A stretch of DNA of 64,000 nucleotides from an uncultured Acetatifactor sp. (GTDB lineage: Bacteria > Bacillota > Clostridia > Lachnospirales > Lachnospiraceae), in NCBI GenBank assembly GCA_910585665.1, contig CAJUFI010000001.1, forward strand, positions 16,680 to 80,679. Direction: 5' to 3'. The notes under the pieces were generated by a model, which was given only the letters and a program-made list of their open reading frames with translations, made no database searches and was not told the origin of the DNA. A program made the translations under genes and the position numbers. Of the stretch, positions 49,288 to 58,740 are shown one piece after another. Positions within the stretch are counted from its first letter, which is position 1, and each line of letters starts with the position of its first letter.

Positions 49288-51510
49288 TCACTTGCCTTCC
49301 GCCATCTTCAGCTGGGCGGTCACAAGGTTGTAATAAATGCCCTTCTGCTCCAGCAGCTCGTTGTGGGTGCCAATCTCCGCGATGCCGTGCTTGTCTATTA
49401 CCACAAGCCTGTCTGCATTCCGCAGCGTAGACAGACGGTGGGCGATGGCAAATGTGGTCCTGCCCTTCACCAGCCGGTCCAGGGCCTGCTGGATCAGGAA
49501 TTCGCTCTCCGTGTCCAGGGCCGACGTGGCCTCGTCCAGGATTAGCAGCCTGGGATTGTTCAGGATAGCCCTGGCGATGGCGATTCTCTGCCGCTCTCCG
49601 CCGGACAGGTTGTAGCCGTGCTCTCCCACATAAGTATTGTAGCCGTCCGGCGTCTTGCAGATGAAGTCATGGGCATTGGCCGCCTTGGCCGCCTGGACCA
49701 CCTCCGCCAGCGTGGCGTCCTGTCTGGCGAATTTGATATTGGCCAGGATGCTGCCGGAGAACAGGAAGGTCTCCTGGAGCACCACCCCAATCTGGGAGTG
49801 CAGACTCTCCGTCTTCATATCCCGAAGGTCCACTCCGTCTATGGCAATCCGGCCCTGATCCACGTCATACAGCCGCATGATCAGGTTGATCAGCGTGGAC
49901 TTTCCCGTTCCGGAAGCGCCCACCAGCCCAATCATCTCCCCGGGCTTCACATCGAAACTGATGTTCTCCAGCACCGGCTCGTAGGTATGGTAACCGAAAG
50001 ATACATTCTCAAATGTGAATGCGCCTTCAATGGGAAATTCCTTACTGTCCTCCCTGTCCGCGATGGTAGGCTCCTCGTCCAGCACATCATAGATTCGGTT
50101 CAGGCTGGTGATCATCTGCATGACCATCCTGGGCAGATGGGTCATCCAGTTCAGCGGCCCGAACAGATAGCCGCAGTAAGTGATGAACTGCACCAGTTCA
50201 CCCAAAGTCATGTCCCCGTTCAGCACGTCCAGTCCGCCGAAATACACCGCGATATAGGATCCCACGCCCAACAAGAACGTGAGAATCGGGAAGAAGACGG
50301 CCCAGAAGGTCTCGTTCTTTCTGCTGATTGCAGCGAACTCCCTGGTCTTTTTCTGGAAAACGGCCGCTTCCTTCTCTTCCTTTCCGAAGGATTTCACCAC
50401 GCGGATGCCGGATATGATATCCTGGAGACTGCTGGACAAATCGTCCGATTTCAGCCACTGCTTGTGGTAGATGACATGGACATGATGCCGGAACGCCTTC
50501 ATGAGAATGAATACGATGACAATGCACATCATGGACAAAAGCGTCATTTTCCAGCTGATCGTGAACATCACTGCCAGGGACACCACCATGGTCAGCAGCG
50601 TGGAGAACATGTCTCCGAACACGTCCTCCATGAACCTGCGGATCTGGTTGGTGTCATGGGACACACGGTTGAGCAGTTCTCCCGGCTTTCTGTTGTTGAT
50701 GAAGGAAAGCGACAGGGACTGTATCTTGAAATACAGCTTCCGGCGCATGGTCATGCTCAGGGAGGTGCCCAGGGCCATGCACTGCCAGTACCGGTACACC
50801 TCCAGAAGGATGCGGGCGATCAGCATGGAAAACGTGGCCCCAATGAAAATCCACAGATCCTTCCAGCTGCCGTTCCCCGTGGCCAGGGCCCCGTCAATAA
50901 AATTCCTCTGCACCATGGGGGTGGCCAGGTTCACTGCCGCCACCAGGAGCATGAGAAGGGAAATCAGCAGAAGCTTTCCCACATATTCCCCGCTCAGTGC
51001 CATGAATTTCTTCAGAGTATTTGCCTTCCCCCCGCAGTAGGGGCATTTGCTCGTACCGGGAAGGGCTCTGCCGCAGTTTTCGCAGTATTTCTCATATTCC
51101 AGGCTCACCACCCGCTCCGGCTTCTCCCCGGATTCCAGGGCGGCGATGATGGTCTGTGCCCCTCTGGCCACATAGGCCACCCGGACGATATGGCGCATGG
51201 AGAACCTGGCGGCGCAGATCACCTGGCCGTCCTTCTTCTCCACCGTCACGATGCCGCTGTGCACCTGATGCTCGCACTTAATCTTCGCGCACTCCTCCAA
51301 CAGGAAGGAAGCTGCCACCCTGTCTTCTTCCAGCACGAGAAAACGCTTCTCCGTTACCACAAGCCAGACGCTTTTCGTATAAGCTTCCCCGGCCTGCATC
51401 TTCCGGCTGTCGAATTCCAGGTCCACCGGCACGCAGTACATCGGCTCTTCCCCGGGCGCAAGCTTTATGGCTTCCAGCTGCTGCCCGCTCAATGTATACA
51501 ATAGTTTCAT
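49288..51510 (-). CDS. Fused TMD-NBD ABC transporter with N-terminal extra domain and C4 zinc ribbon
   Basis: CENC...CPYC; GASGTGKST, LSGGERQR, LDEATSALD, AHRLS. Confidence 0.92.
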   Translation of the reverse strand: MKLLYTLSGQQLEAIKLAPGEEPMYCVPVDLEFDSRKMQAGEAYTKSVWLVVTEKRFLVLEEDRVAASFLLEECAKIKCEHQVHSGIVTVEKKDGQVICAARFSMRHIVRVAYVARGAQTIIAALESGEKPERVVSLEYEKYCENCGRALPGTSKCPYCGGKANTLKKFMALSGEYVGKLLLISLLMLLVAAVNLATPMVQRNFIDGALATGNGSWKDLWIFIGATFSMLIARILLEVYRYWQCMALGTSLSMTMRRKLYFKIQSLSLSFINNRKPGELLNRVSHDTNQIRRFMEDVFGDMFSTLLTMVVSLAVMFTISWKMTLLSMMCIVIVFILMKAFRHHVHVIYHKQWLKSDDLSSSLQDIISGIRVVKSFGKEEKEAAVFQKKTREFAAISRKNETFWAVFFPILTFLLGVGSYIAVYFGGLDVLNGDMTLGELVQFITYCGYLFGPLNWMTHLPRMVMQMITSLNRIYDVLDEEPTIADREDSKEFPIEGAFTFENVSFGYHTYEPVLENISFDVKPGEMIGLVGASGTGKSTLINLIMRLYDVDQGRIAIDGVDLRDMKTESLHSQIGVVLQETFLFSGSILANIKFARQDATLAEVVQAAKAANAHDFICKTPDGYNTYVGEHGYNLSGGERQRIAIARAILNNPRLLILDEATSALDTESEFLIQQALDRLVKGRTTFAIAHRLSTLRNADRLVVIDKHGIAEIGTHNELLEQKGIYYNLVTAQLKMAEGK

Positions 51511-51591
51511 AAAGATTTCCTTTCATTTCGTTTCTTCCATTCGAGCTATCCCGACAGAAGGTTCCAATCGTTCCAATAAGAAGACCAGGCT

Positions 51592-52167
51592 TTAGATGAA
51601 GAGATCCAGCTTCTTGCGCTCTACGACGCTCAGCTGATAGAAATCCGGTATCTCATATCTGTTGCCGTCAATATCCGTCACCAGCAGCCTGGAATCGCTC
51701 AGATGGATCACCGCGTCGCCGCCCATATGTGTGGTAAAGCGGCAGGCACCGAAGGATGTAACTACGTTCCAGTAGGCGTATCCGTACTCATCCTTCACGT
51801 CCAGCACCTTGGTGATGACAGGCCTGAAATAGCGGAGCTTAATCTGCTCCCGCAGCATCTCCTGCTGATCCTTCTCCAGATCCGTAAGCTTCTCCACGAT
51901 GCCGATTTCCTTTGCCTTCTCGTCCGATTCCCGGATGGAGATGAACTCCTCCGGGTTGGTCAGGGGGAATGTCAGATACACGCCTACCCGCTCGTACTCC
52001 TTGTCCCCGGTCTTCAGCGCGATGAATCCCCCTGATGTTCTGCTGAATGTGGCGTTCTCGCTGTTCAGGAAGCGCATCTCCAGAAGCTCTTCCGACTCCT
52101 TCTTCAGCGCCTCCTCATCGAATTCCTGTAGATTCAGCAAGTCCTGTCCGTTATGTTCCTGTCCCAT
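51592..52167 (-). CDS. DUF1854-like protein
   Basis: FPLT.PEEFISI, EIG, LRYF.P.ITKV, W.V.T..G, D.DGNRY.IPD pattern. Confidence 0.8.
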   Translation of the reverse strand: MGQEHNGQDLLNLQEFDEEALKKESEELLEMRFLNSENATFSRTSGGFIALKTGDKEYERVGVYLTFPLTNPEEFISIRESDEKAKEIGIVEKLTDLEKDQQEMLREQIKLRYFRPVITKVLDVKDEYGYAYWNVVTSFGACRFTTHMGGDAVIHLSDSRLLVTDIDGNRYEIPDFYQLSVVERKKLDLFI

Positions 52168-52264
52168 ATATTCTGTCTCCTATCTGCCCGTCCCGCCAAA
52201 ACTTCCGGCTCCTCTACGGACATGCTTTCTTTTCTTAACTGCCGCAAAATAAACTTGTGTTTGA

Positions 52265-54646
52265 TCACTCGATGCCCCGCATGGCCAGCGCCTTCGTCTG
52301 CAGCTCGCTGAGCTTATAGAAAGTCCCCTTCTTGGCCAGCAGCTCCTCGTGGGTTCCGGACTCCGTCAAGTGCCCATCGTCCAGCACGATCAGGTGGGTG
52401 GCGTTGCGCAGGGTGGAGAGCCTGTGGGCGATGGACAGCACTGTCCGGCCCTTCTGCAGCCGCTCCAGGGATTTCTGGATGGCCAGCTCCGTCTCCGTGT
52501 CCACGGCAGAGGTGGCTTCGTCCAGGATCAGAATCTTCGGATCCGCCAGGATGGCCCTGGCGATGGAGATCCTCTGCTTCTCCCCGCCGGAAAGCGAGCG
52601 GCTGGAAGCCCCCAGCAGCGTGTCGTACCCTTCCGGCATCTTGCAGATGAAATCATGGGCATTGGCCTGTACCGCGGCCCGGATGATCTCCTCCCTGGTG
52701 GCTTCCGGCCTTGCGTAGGCGATGTTCTCCGCCACTGTGCCCATGAAGATGTAAGTCTCCTGGGACACCATGGCCACATTTTTGCGCAGCTCCCGGAATC
52801 CGTACCGTTTTACGTTCACCCCGTCTACCAGCACTTCCCCCTCCTGGGTATCGTACAGCCTGGAAATCAGGTTCACCAGCGTGGACTTGCCCGCACCGGA
52901 ACGTCCCACGATGCCGAACACCTCACCGGCTTCCACATGGAAGCTGATGTCCTTCAGGATGGGCTTGTTGGCTTCATAGCCGAAGGTCACGTTTTTCAGC
53001 TCAATCTCGCCCCTGAGCTTGTCGGGCCGCAAGGGATCCGGCGATTCCTTCACCTCCGGCACGGCGTCTATGATTTCGAACATACGCTGGGCCGAATTCA
53101 TGCATTCGGTATACCAGCGCACAATGTGCGACATAAAGTCCAAAGGCCCCTGGAGCTGTCCCACATAGCCCGAGAACGTAAGCAGAAGTCCCAGTTCCAC
53201 ATCGGAGCCACCGATGATCAGCGCGCCGCCCACTGCCCACACAAGGAAGCTGATCGTATCTTCCACTGCGCGGTACAGCGCAAAGAACTTGTTGTCATAC
53301 CGTGCCAAATCCATCTCAGCCGTCTTCACTTTCCCGTTGTTTTTCGAGAAGCGGGTCATCTCCTGGTCTTCCTGTCCGAAAGCCTTGACCACCCGAGCCC
53401 CTGTGAAGTTCTCGTTCATCTGCCCTCTCAGGCGGCGGTTGGCACGGTGTCTTTTTCCGTAATAATGCCACAAGTGTGGCATCATCCGATAGCTGATGAT
53501 CACCAGCAAAGGCATCAGGACGATGGACACCAAAGCCAGCAAAGGATTCAGCACGAACATGATGATGACGGTGGTCAGCATCGTCCCTACATTAATAAAG
53601 AAATACGGAATCCCGTCTATGAAAAAACTGGATATCTGTTCCGCATCGTCCGACACCCTGGTCATCAGGCCGCCGGTCTGCCTTTTGGAGTAGAAGCTGA
53701 TGGACAGCTTTCCCATGGAGGTGAACACCTGGCTTTTCAGCGTGGCCACCACCTCCGGCGCGATTTTCGCAGTCAGCACTCCCTGCAGCATCCCCAGCGC
53801 CTGGATGACGATTTTGGTCACGATCATGGTTACCACCAGCATGGTCAGCGCCGTCACGAACCGCCCCGCCGGAAGATGCAGCATGGCCAGGAACTCTTCG
53901 TTGCGGGCCAGCACCTTGTCGTAAAGGATGGTACCGCTTAAGTAGGGCCAGACCAGGTTCAGGGCGGCGGTTCCCAGATAGCACAGAACCATGGCGGCCA
54001 TGTATTTCACATAGGGCCTGAAATAGGACAGCACCCGGAACAGGATGGATTTTTTGTCCATGCACTTGGGGCAGATCTTCCGCTCCTGATCGGGGTAGAT
54101 CATGCCGCACTTGGGGCAGCATTCCCGCCCTTTGTGCATATCCAGATCCGCCTTGGTGATCTCCTCCTCTTTCTTCACTTTCTCCAGGAGACCGCAGATT
54201 TTGTGGAAACTCTCCATTCTCGTGTTGGAGAAGTGGCAGAGATTGCGCTCCACGCCGTCAATCTTCGCCATCAGGATGCCTGTGGCCACCTGGCGCAGCA
54301 CCTCCATCTTCTCTACCTGGCTCAAATCATATATCTGCAGCGCCGGTTCCTCCGCCAGGAGGGCGTCCTCCTTGATTTCCCATCCGCTGTATCCGCCGAA
54401 CCGGTATTCACCGGAATGACCTTTTTCCGTGGACTGTCCCTTTTCCCCGGAATGACTTTTTTCCGTGGAATGACTTTTTTCCCTGTAAGGATAGGCGGCA
54501 ATCAGCAGCTTCCCCTTGCATAGCGCCACGATGGTGTCCGCAAACCGATACTCCATGTCAAAGTCAGCCATGGCCGCGAAGACAATATCCTCTTCCCGGA
54601 TACCGTACTTTCCGGCAATGCTGACAAAACTTTTTGGTAACTTCAT
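52265..54646 (-). CDS. Fused TMD-NBD ABC transporter with N-terminal extra domain and C4 zinc ribbon
   Basis: CPKC...CPKC; GRSGAGKST, LSGGEKQR, LDEATSAVD, AHRLS; GGAGG RBS. Confidence 0.92.
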   Translation of the reverse strand: MKLPKSFVSIAGKYGIREEDIVFAAMADFDMEYRFADTIVALCKGKLLIAAYPYREKSHSTEKSHSGEKGQSTEKGHSGEYRFGGYSGWEIKEDALLAEEPALQIYDLSQVEKMEVLRQVATGILMAKIDGVERNLCHFSNTRMESFHKICGLLEKVKKEEEITKADLDMHKGRECCPKCGMIYPDQERKICPKCMDKKSILFRVLSYFRPYVKYMAAMVLCYLGTAALNLVWPYLSGTILYDKVLARNEEFLAMLHLPAGRFVTALTMLVVTMIVTKIVIQALGMLQGVLTAKIAPEVVATLKSQVFTSMGKLSISFYSKRQTGGLMTRVSDDAEQISSFFIDGIPYFFINVGTMLTTVIIMFVLNPLLALVSIVLMPLLVIISYRMMPHLWHYYGKRHRANRRLRGQMNENFTGARVVKAFGQEDQEMTRFSKNNGKVKTAEMDLARYDNKFFALYRAVEDTISFLVWAVGGALIIGGSDVELGLLLTFSGYVGQLQGPLDFMSHIVRWYTECMNSAQRMFEIIDAVPEVKESPDPLRPDKLRGEIELKNVTFGYEANKPILKDISFHVEAGEVFGIVGRSGAGKSTLVNLISRLYDTQEGEVLVDGVNVKRYGFRELRKNVAMVSQETYIFMGTVAENIAYARPEATREEIIRAAVQANAHDFICKMPEGYDTLLGASSRSLSGGEKQRISIARAILADPKILILDEATSAVDTETELAIQKSLERLQKGRTVLSIAHRLSTLRNATHLIVLDDGHLTESGTHEELLAKKGTFYKLSELQTKALAMRGIE

Positions 54647-54706
54647 CTCACCCTCCGTTTTCAACTCCCGTTTCGCCAGAACTCTGCTTCCTCAGCGAAA
54701 AGACAC

Positions 54707-54747
54707 AAAAAAACCATGGCACCTGCATGGGTAAGGCAGCCATGGTT
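54707..54747 (-). terminator. Leader (attenuator) terminator
   Basis: AACCATGGC...GCCATGGTTTTTTT between the promoter/leader ORF and the first ABC gene. Confidence 0.8.
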
Positions 54748-54791
54748 CACTTCGCTTTCTGTTCTGGACATAACATAGCGCATTGATGAAC

Positions 54792-54869
54792 TCAACCTAC
54801 TATATCCCCGGGAGGCTTTTTTTCAATACTCTTCAATTGTGATACATTGTTTTGAATCCTGGTCCTCAT
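54792..54869 (-). CDS. Putative leader peptide (25 aa)
   Basis: MRTRIQNNVSQLKSIEKKPPGDIVG*; AAAGGAGG RBS 9 nt upstream. Confidence 0.7.
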   Translation of the reverse strand: MRTRIQNNVSQLKSIEKKPPGDIVG

Positions 54870-54912
54870 TACGCACTGCCTCCTTTCCATCATTTTTTTC
54901 AGACCAGTTTCC

Positions 54913-54940
54913 AGTATAGCACCTCTATCCGAAATGTCAA
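54913..54940 (-). promoter_or_regulatory. Sigma-A promoter of the leader/ABC operon
   Basis: TTGACA-16 bp-TATACT with extended -10 TG and AT-rich upstream region. Confidence 0.8.
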
Positions 54941-55122
54941 CCTTTTTTTGGCAAATTTCCTGAATTCAAATTCAAAATTCAAAATAAAATTTCCTGAATA
55001 TAAAAATTTCCCGAATAACTTTGAAAACTTTGCTTTGAAATGCGCATAGGGCGCGCCTTTTATCAGAAGCTAAGTACATGCTTCTGATAAGCTATATTAT
55101 ACCACGCTAAATTATATAAGCA

Positions 55123-56853
55123 TTAACTTGACTGGTTTTCCAGGACGCTCTGCTCCCATTCCCGGTACACCGGCAGATTGCACACCTCTTCCGGCGTTCC
55201 GCTGCCCGCGATTCGTCCTTTTTTCATGATATACACCCTGTCTGCCAGGCTTACCAGCGCCGGGTTGTGGGTGGTATAGATCAAGGTTTCCGTGCGGGCG
55301 AACAGTTCTCCCATGACCTTTTTCTCCGTCAGGATGTCCAGGCTCGACGTGGGCTCGTCGGCAATCATGATCTGGCGGAGCCCGGCCAGCGCCCTGGCAA
55401 TGGCCACCCGTTTCGACTCTCCGCCCGACAGGTTCTCCTCCCCGTCCGGCAGCTCCTGGTCCAGGCCGATGCTGTCGATTCTTGCCACGTCCGCCGCTTC
55501 CATGATATCTGCCATGTCCGGGCTTTCGCCGCCGGAAGCATACATGATATTTTCCCGGATGCTCACAGGGAACAGCTGGGCGTTCACCGGCAGATAGGAG
55601 CACAGGAACGGATCCCGGTACCTGATTTCCCCGCCGGTGGGCTGAAGCAGCTGCAGCAGGCATCGCAGCAGAGTGCTCTTTCCCGCCCCGTTCCATCCGA
55701 TCAGGGCCACCTTTTCCCTCTGGCGTATCTCCAGATTGATGTCCTGAAGGATGCTGCTCTCCCCTGCCCGGTAGCACAGATTGCGCACTTCCAGCACATT
55801 GCCCTTGGACACCGCCTTTCCGTCCTTGGACACCGCCTTTCCGTCCTTGGACACCGCCTTTCCGTCCTTGGACACCGCCTTTTTCCGCTCCCAGGTCTCC
55901 TGAGGGGAGGTCAGGCTCTCATAACGGTCCAGGAGATACTGATTCTCCACCAGCATCATCCAGCTGGAATTCAGCTCATTCACATATCCTTTTATGGTCT
56001 GATAGGCCGAAACCATGGTCAGGATGACGGCGGCGGATTTTTCCCGGAGAAAGAAATGGCACCACAGAATCATGACCACATAGACAGCGCAGTCCATAAT
56101 CCGAAGCCCGTTTTCACGTCTGCCTGCTTCCCGGGCATTCCGGCAGTTTTGCCCGCTGTATTCCGCCATTTCCGCCCCATATTTCTCTTTCAGCCGCTGG
56201 TATCTCGCTTTGACCAGATAGGTCTCCGTCCCGAAGAACAGGCATCGAAGCATATGGTTCAGCTCCCCCTTGCGCCGGAACATTGTTTCATTGGCTTTGT
56301 TCAGCCGCTTGCTGGCGAAATTTCCGGCAGCCACGTTAAGCGCTCCTCCAGCCAACGCCAGCGCCGCCATCCCCGGGGATATCCGGATGCACCACAGGAA
56401 GAAGACAAGGGTCACCAGGAATACAGCCGCCAGTCTGTCCACGCGGAATACCAGGACTGCAAATTCTTCTGTCCCTTCCCGAAGAAAAGCATAGTAGGGG
56501 TTCGCGTCATACCCGGAACCGATTTCCTGATTCCTGTCATATATTCCCCCCAGACACACATCCCGCACCTCTTCTACTTCCTTATAGAAGAACCTGCCGA
56601 TTACCAGGATATCGAACCGGTACCGCCCCGCCAGAAAAAGCGCTCCGAACAGGAGCCAAAGGGCCGCATACCACGCCATGGCCCCGAACTGCCCTTCCTC
56701 ATACGCGGTCAGCACCAGGTTCAGGAACACCGGCAGCGACAGGGCCGGCTGAACCGTGATCAGTATCCTCATCAGGAAATCGGCCGCGAAATACCGCCTG
56801 GTACCCCGTCTCGTCAGGATAGGAAAACATACTCTGCGAATCTGTCCAATCAT
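55123..56853 (-). CDS. Divergent fused ABC transporter
   Basis: TMD plus GWNGAGKST, LSGGESKR, ADEPTSSLD, TTHN; ATGA overlap with upstream partner. Confidence 0.88.
   Translation of the reverse strand: MIGQIRRVCFPILTRRGTRRYFAADFLMRILITVQPALSLPVFLNLVLTAYEEGQFGAMAWYAALWLLFGALFLAGRYRFDILVIGRFFYKEVEEVRDVCLGGIYDRNQEIGSGYDANPYYAFLREGTEEFAVLVFRVDRLAAVFLVTLVFFLWCIRISPGMAALALAGGALNVAAGNFASKRLNKANETMFRRKGELNHMLRCLFFGTETYLVKARYQRLKEKYGAEMAEYSGQNCRNAREAGRRENGLRIMDCAVYVVMILWCHFFLREKSAAVILTMVSAYQTIKGYVNELNSSWMMLVENQYLLDRYESLTSPQETWERKKAVSKDGKAVSKDGKAVSKDGKAVSKGNVLEVRNLCYRAGESSILQDINLEIRQREKVALIGWNGAGKSTLLRCLLQLLQPTGGEIRYRDPFLCSYLPVNAQLFPVSIRENIMYASGGESPDMADIMEAADVARIDSIGLDQELPDGEENLSGGESKRVAIARALAGLRQIMIADEPTSSLDILTEKKVMGELFARTETLIYTTHNPALVSLADRVYIMKKGRIAGSGTPEEVCNLPVYREWEQSVLENQSS
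55803..55882. repeat. In-frame 21-bp repeats (KAVSKDG, about four copies)
   Basis: CCTTGGACACCGCCTTTCCGT repeated in the TMD-NBD linker. Confidence 0.9.
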
Positions 56854-58631
56854 ACTCTTCCTCCTTCCTCGCTGAACCGGTACCATTCATAGAACCTGCC
56901 CTTTGCCGACAGCAGCTCCTCCAGATTCCCCGTCTCGCATATCCGGCCCTCCTCCAGGAACAAAATCTCATCCGCCGCTTCCAGGTTGCTGAGCCTGTGG
57001 GAGACCAGGATGACCGTCTTCCCCGCCTGGGCCAGAGATGCCAATTCCCTGAAAAACACCTGTTCCTTTGCCGGATCCACCGCGGAAAACACTTCGTCCA
57101 GAAGAACCGCGTCCCTTGGGCGGTACAGGATCCCCGCCATGGAGACGATCTGGCTCTCCCCCGATGACAGGGGCGCCCCGCGGTAGGAAAGCACCTGGGT
57201 GTCGTCAAAGTTGTTCTTGCGGAAGATATCTTTGATAAAGAACTGCTCCAATATCTCCTGGTACCGCCTTTCCTCTCCACCCGGTTCGAAACATATGTTC
57301 TCTCTGATGGTATCCTCTATGAAAATCTGGCTCTGGGGCTGGTAGGAAAGCTTCCTGTAGAGCGTCTGTCTGCTGATTTCCCGCAGTTCCGTCCCATTCC
57401 AGCGGACATGCCCTGTGTAGGGAACCAGTTTCGACAGCACCTTCAGGAGCGTGCTCTTTCCGCAGCCCGACCTTCCTACCAATAGATAGAACTTCCCTCT
57501 CTCAAAGGTAAAGTCGATGTCTCTCAATACCTCTTTTTCCTCGTAGGCAAAGGACACCTGTCTCAGGGTCAGCGTCCGGAAGTCTTCCAAATTCTTCCGA
57601 GCGACTACGCTTTTATCTTCCTGTGCGTCGCCGTCCTCCTGTACATCGCCGCCTTCTTGTACATCGTCCTCTTCCAGGGCCAGAAAACGGCTGATTCTGC
57701 TGGCGATGCTCTCCAGTTCATTCAGCTGCACGAATTTCTCAGGGAGGGCGAATATGGCTTTCTGCACCACCGTCAGCGACTCCACCATGGCCAGGATGTC
57801 AGACAGCGCTATCCGCTTCGCGGCCACGGCCAGGAAGGAAGCGCACAGGATAAAGAGCGTAAACCCCATATCCGAGGACTCCTCTATCAGGGTCATGTGA
57901 AGAAAGGTCTTCAATCTGTTCTGGTTCACATCATCCAGCGCCTGATTCCGCTTCCTCTGCTCTGCCCTGATTTTCTTCTTCTCCAGGAAGACCTTTATGA
58001 CTTCCAGATTGTCCACGGCTTTCCAGAGGAAATTGGACCAATGGGCGAACCGCTCCCCGTATTCCTGATTGTAGCCGTACAGTTTCTTCTTGTTCTTCCG
58101 GTTCAGGACACTCAGCGCTATGCTGATTCCCGTAATGGCCGCCGTTATCCCTGGGTTCAGGCTGCAGCCGTAGGCGATGTACAAGGGCACGATTACGAAA
58201 TCCGCAAACAGCGATGCCTTCGACAGGACGCTGGAGACGTACAGCGGGCAGTCCTCGCTGGCCATGGAGAACCGGTCGCTTGCCCCCAGAGGGCAGTTCC
58301 CCAGGGAGCGCAGCTTCTCGTTCTTCGTCAGGACATGGTTCAGCAGCTGCCGGTGCAGTTTCCCCTGGATTTTCGCGGATTCGTACTGTCTCAACTGCAC
58401 CATCCCGGAATACAGCGCTTCATACACCGCCAGAAAGCCCAGCTCCCGCAACAGGACAGGGCCATCCGCGGAGAGCACCGCCTGGAGGATTCTTCGGTAC
58501 AGTTCTATTCTTACAATGGCTCCCAAAGAAGCCGTCACATGGAATAATGTCAGAATCAAGATTTGAGATAAGTCCAAAAAACAGGGCGTTTTGAACTTTT
58601 GATTCAGATATATGTCAATTTTTCTGTTCAC
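56850..58631 (-). CDS. Divergent fused ABC transporter
   Basis: TMD plus GRSGCGKST, LSSGESQ, LDEVFSAVD, SHRLS; AAAGGAG RBS favours GTG 58631 over ATG 58646. Confidence 0.88.
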   Translation of the reverse strand: MNRKIDIYLNQKFKTPCFLDLSQILILTLFHVTASLGAIVRIELYRRILQAVLSADGPVLLRELGFLAVYEALYSGMVQLRQYESAKIQGKLHRQLLNHVLTKNEKLRSLGNCPLGASDRFSMASEDCPLYVSSVLSKASLFADFVIVPLYIAYGCSLNPGITAAITGISIALSVLNRKNKKKLYGYNQEYGERFAHWSNFLWKAVDNLEVIKVFLEKKKIRAEQRKRNQALDDVNQNRLKTFLHMTLIEESSDMGFTLFILCASFLAVAAKRIALSDILAMVESLTVVQKAIFALPEKFVQLNELESIASRISRFLALEEDDVQEGGDVQEDGDAQEDKSVVARKNLEDFRTLTLRQVSFAYEEKEVLRDIDFTFERGKFYLLVGRSGCGKSTLLKVLSKLVPYTGHVRWNGTELREISRQTLYRKLSYQPQSQIFIEDTIRENICFEPGGEERRYQEILEQFFIKDIFRKNNFDDTQVLSYRGAPLSSGESQIVSMAGILYRPRDAVLLDEVFSAVDPAKEQVFFRELASLAQAGKTVILVSHRLSNLEAADEILFLEEGRICETGNLEELLSAKGRFYEWYRFSEEGGRV

Positions 58632-58686
58632 TTCGTCTCCTTTCATCCATCCGATGGATGTGACAAGACCGAGACGATGAGATCAA

Positions 58687-58738
58687 GCATACCAAGCATG
58701 CATACCAAGCATGCATACCAAGCATGCATACCAAGCAT
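58687..58738. repeat. Four perfect 13-bp tandem repeats (GCATACCAAGCAT)
   Basis: Units at 58687, 58700, 58713 and 58726. Confidence 0.92.
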
Positions 58739-58740
58739 GC

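Noticed and set aside
54792..54869. Leader peptide as a RiPP precursor for TldD/E and the ABC exporters
   Set aside because: No Cys or Ser/Gly-rich core, no double-glycine site and no modifying enzymes; its position before a terminator fits attenuation better
55060..55090. TTATCAGAAGC/GCTTCTGATAA hairpin as an intrinsic terminator
   Set aside because: The inverted repeat is real but has no U-tract on the transcribed strand; function cannot be assigned
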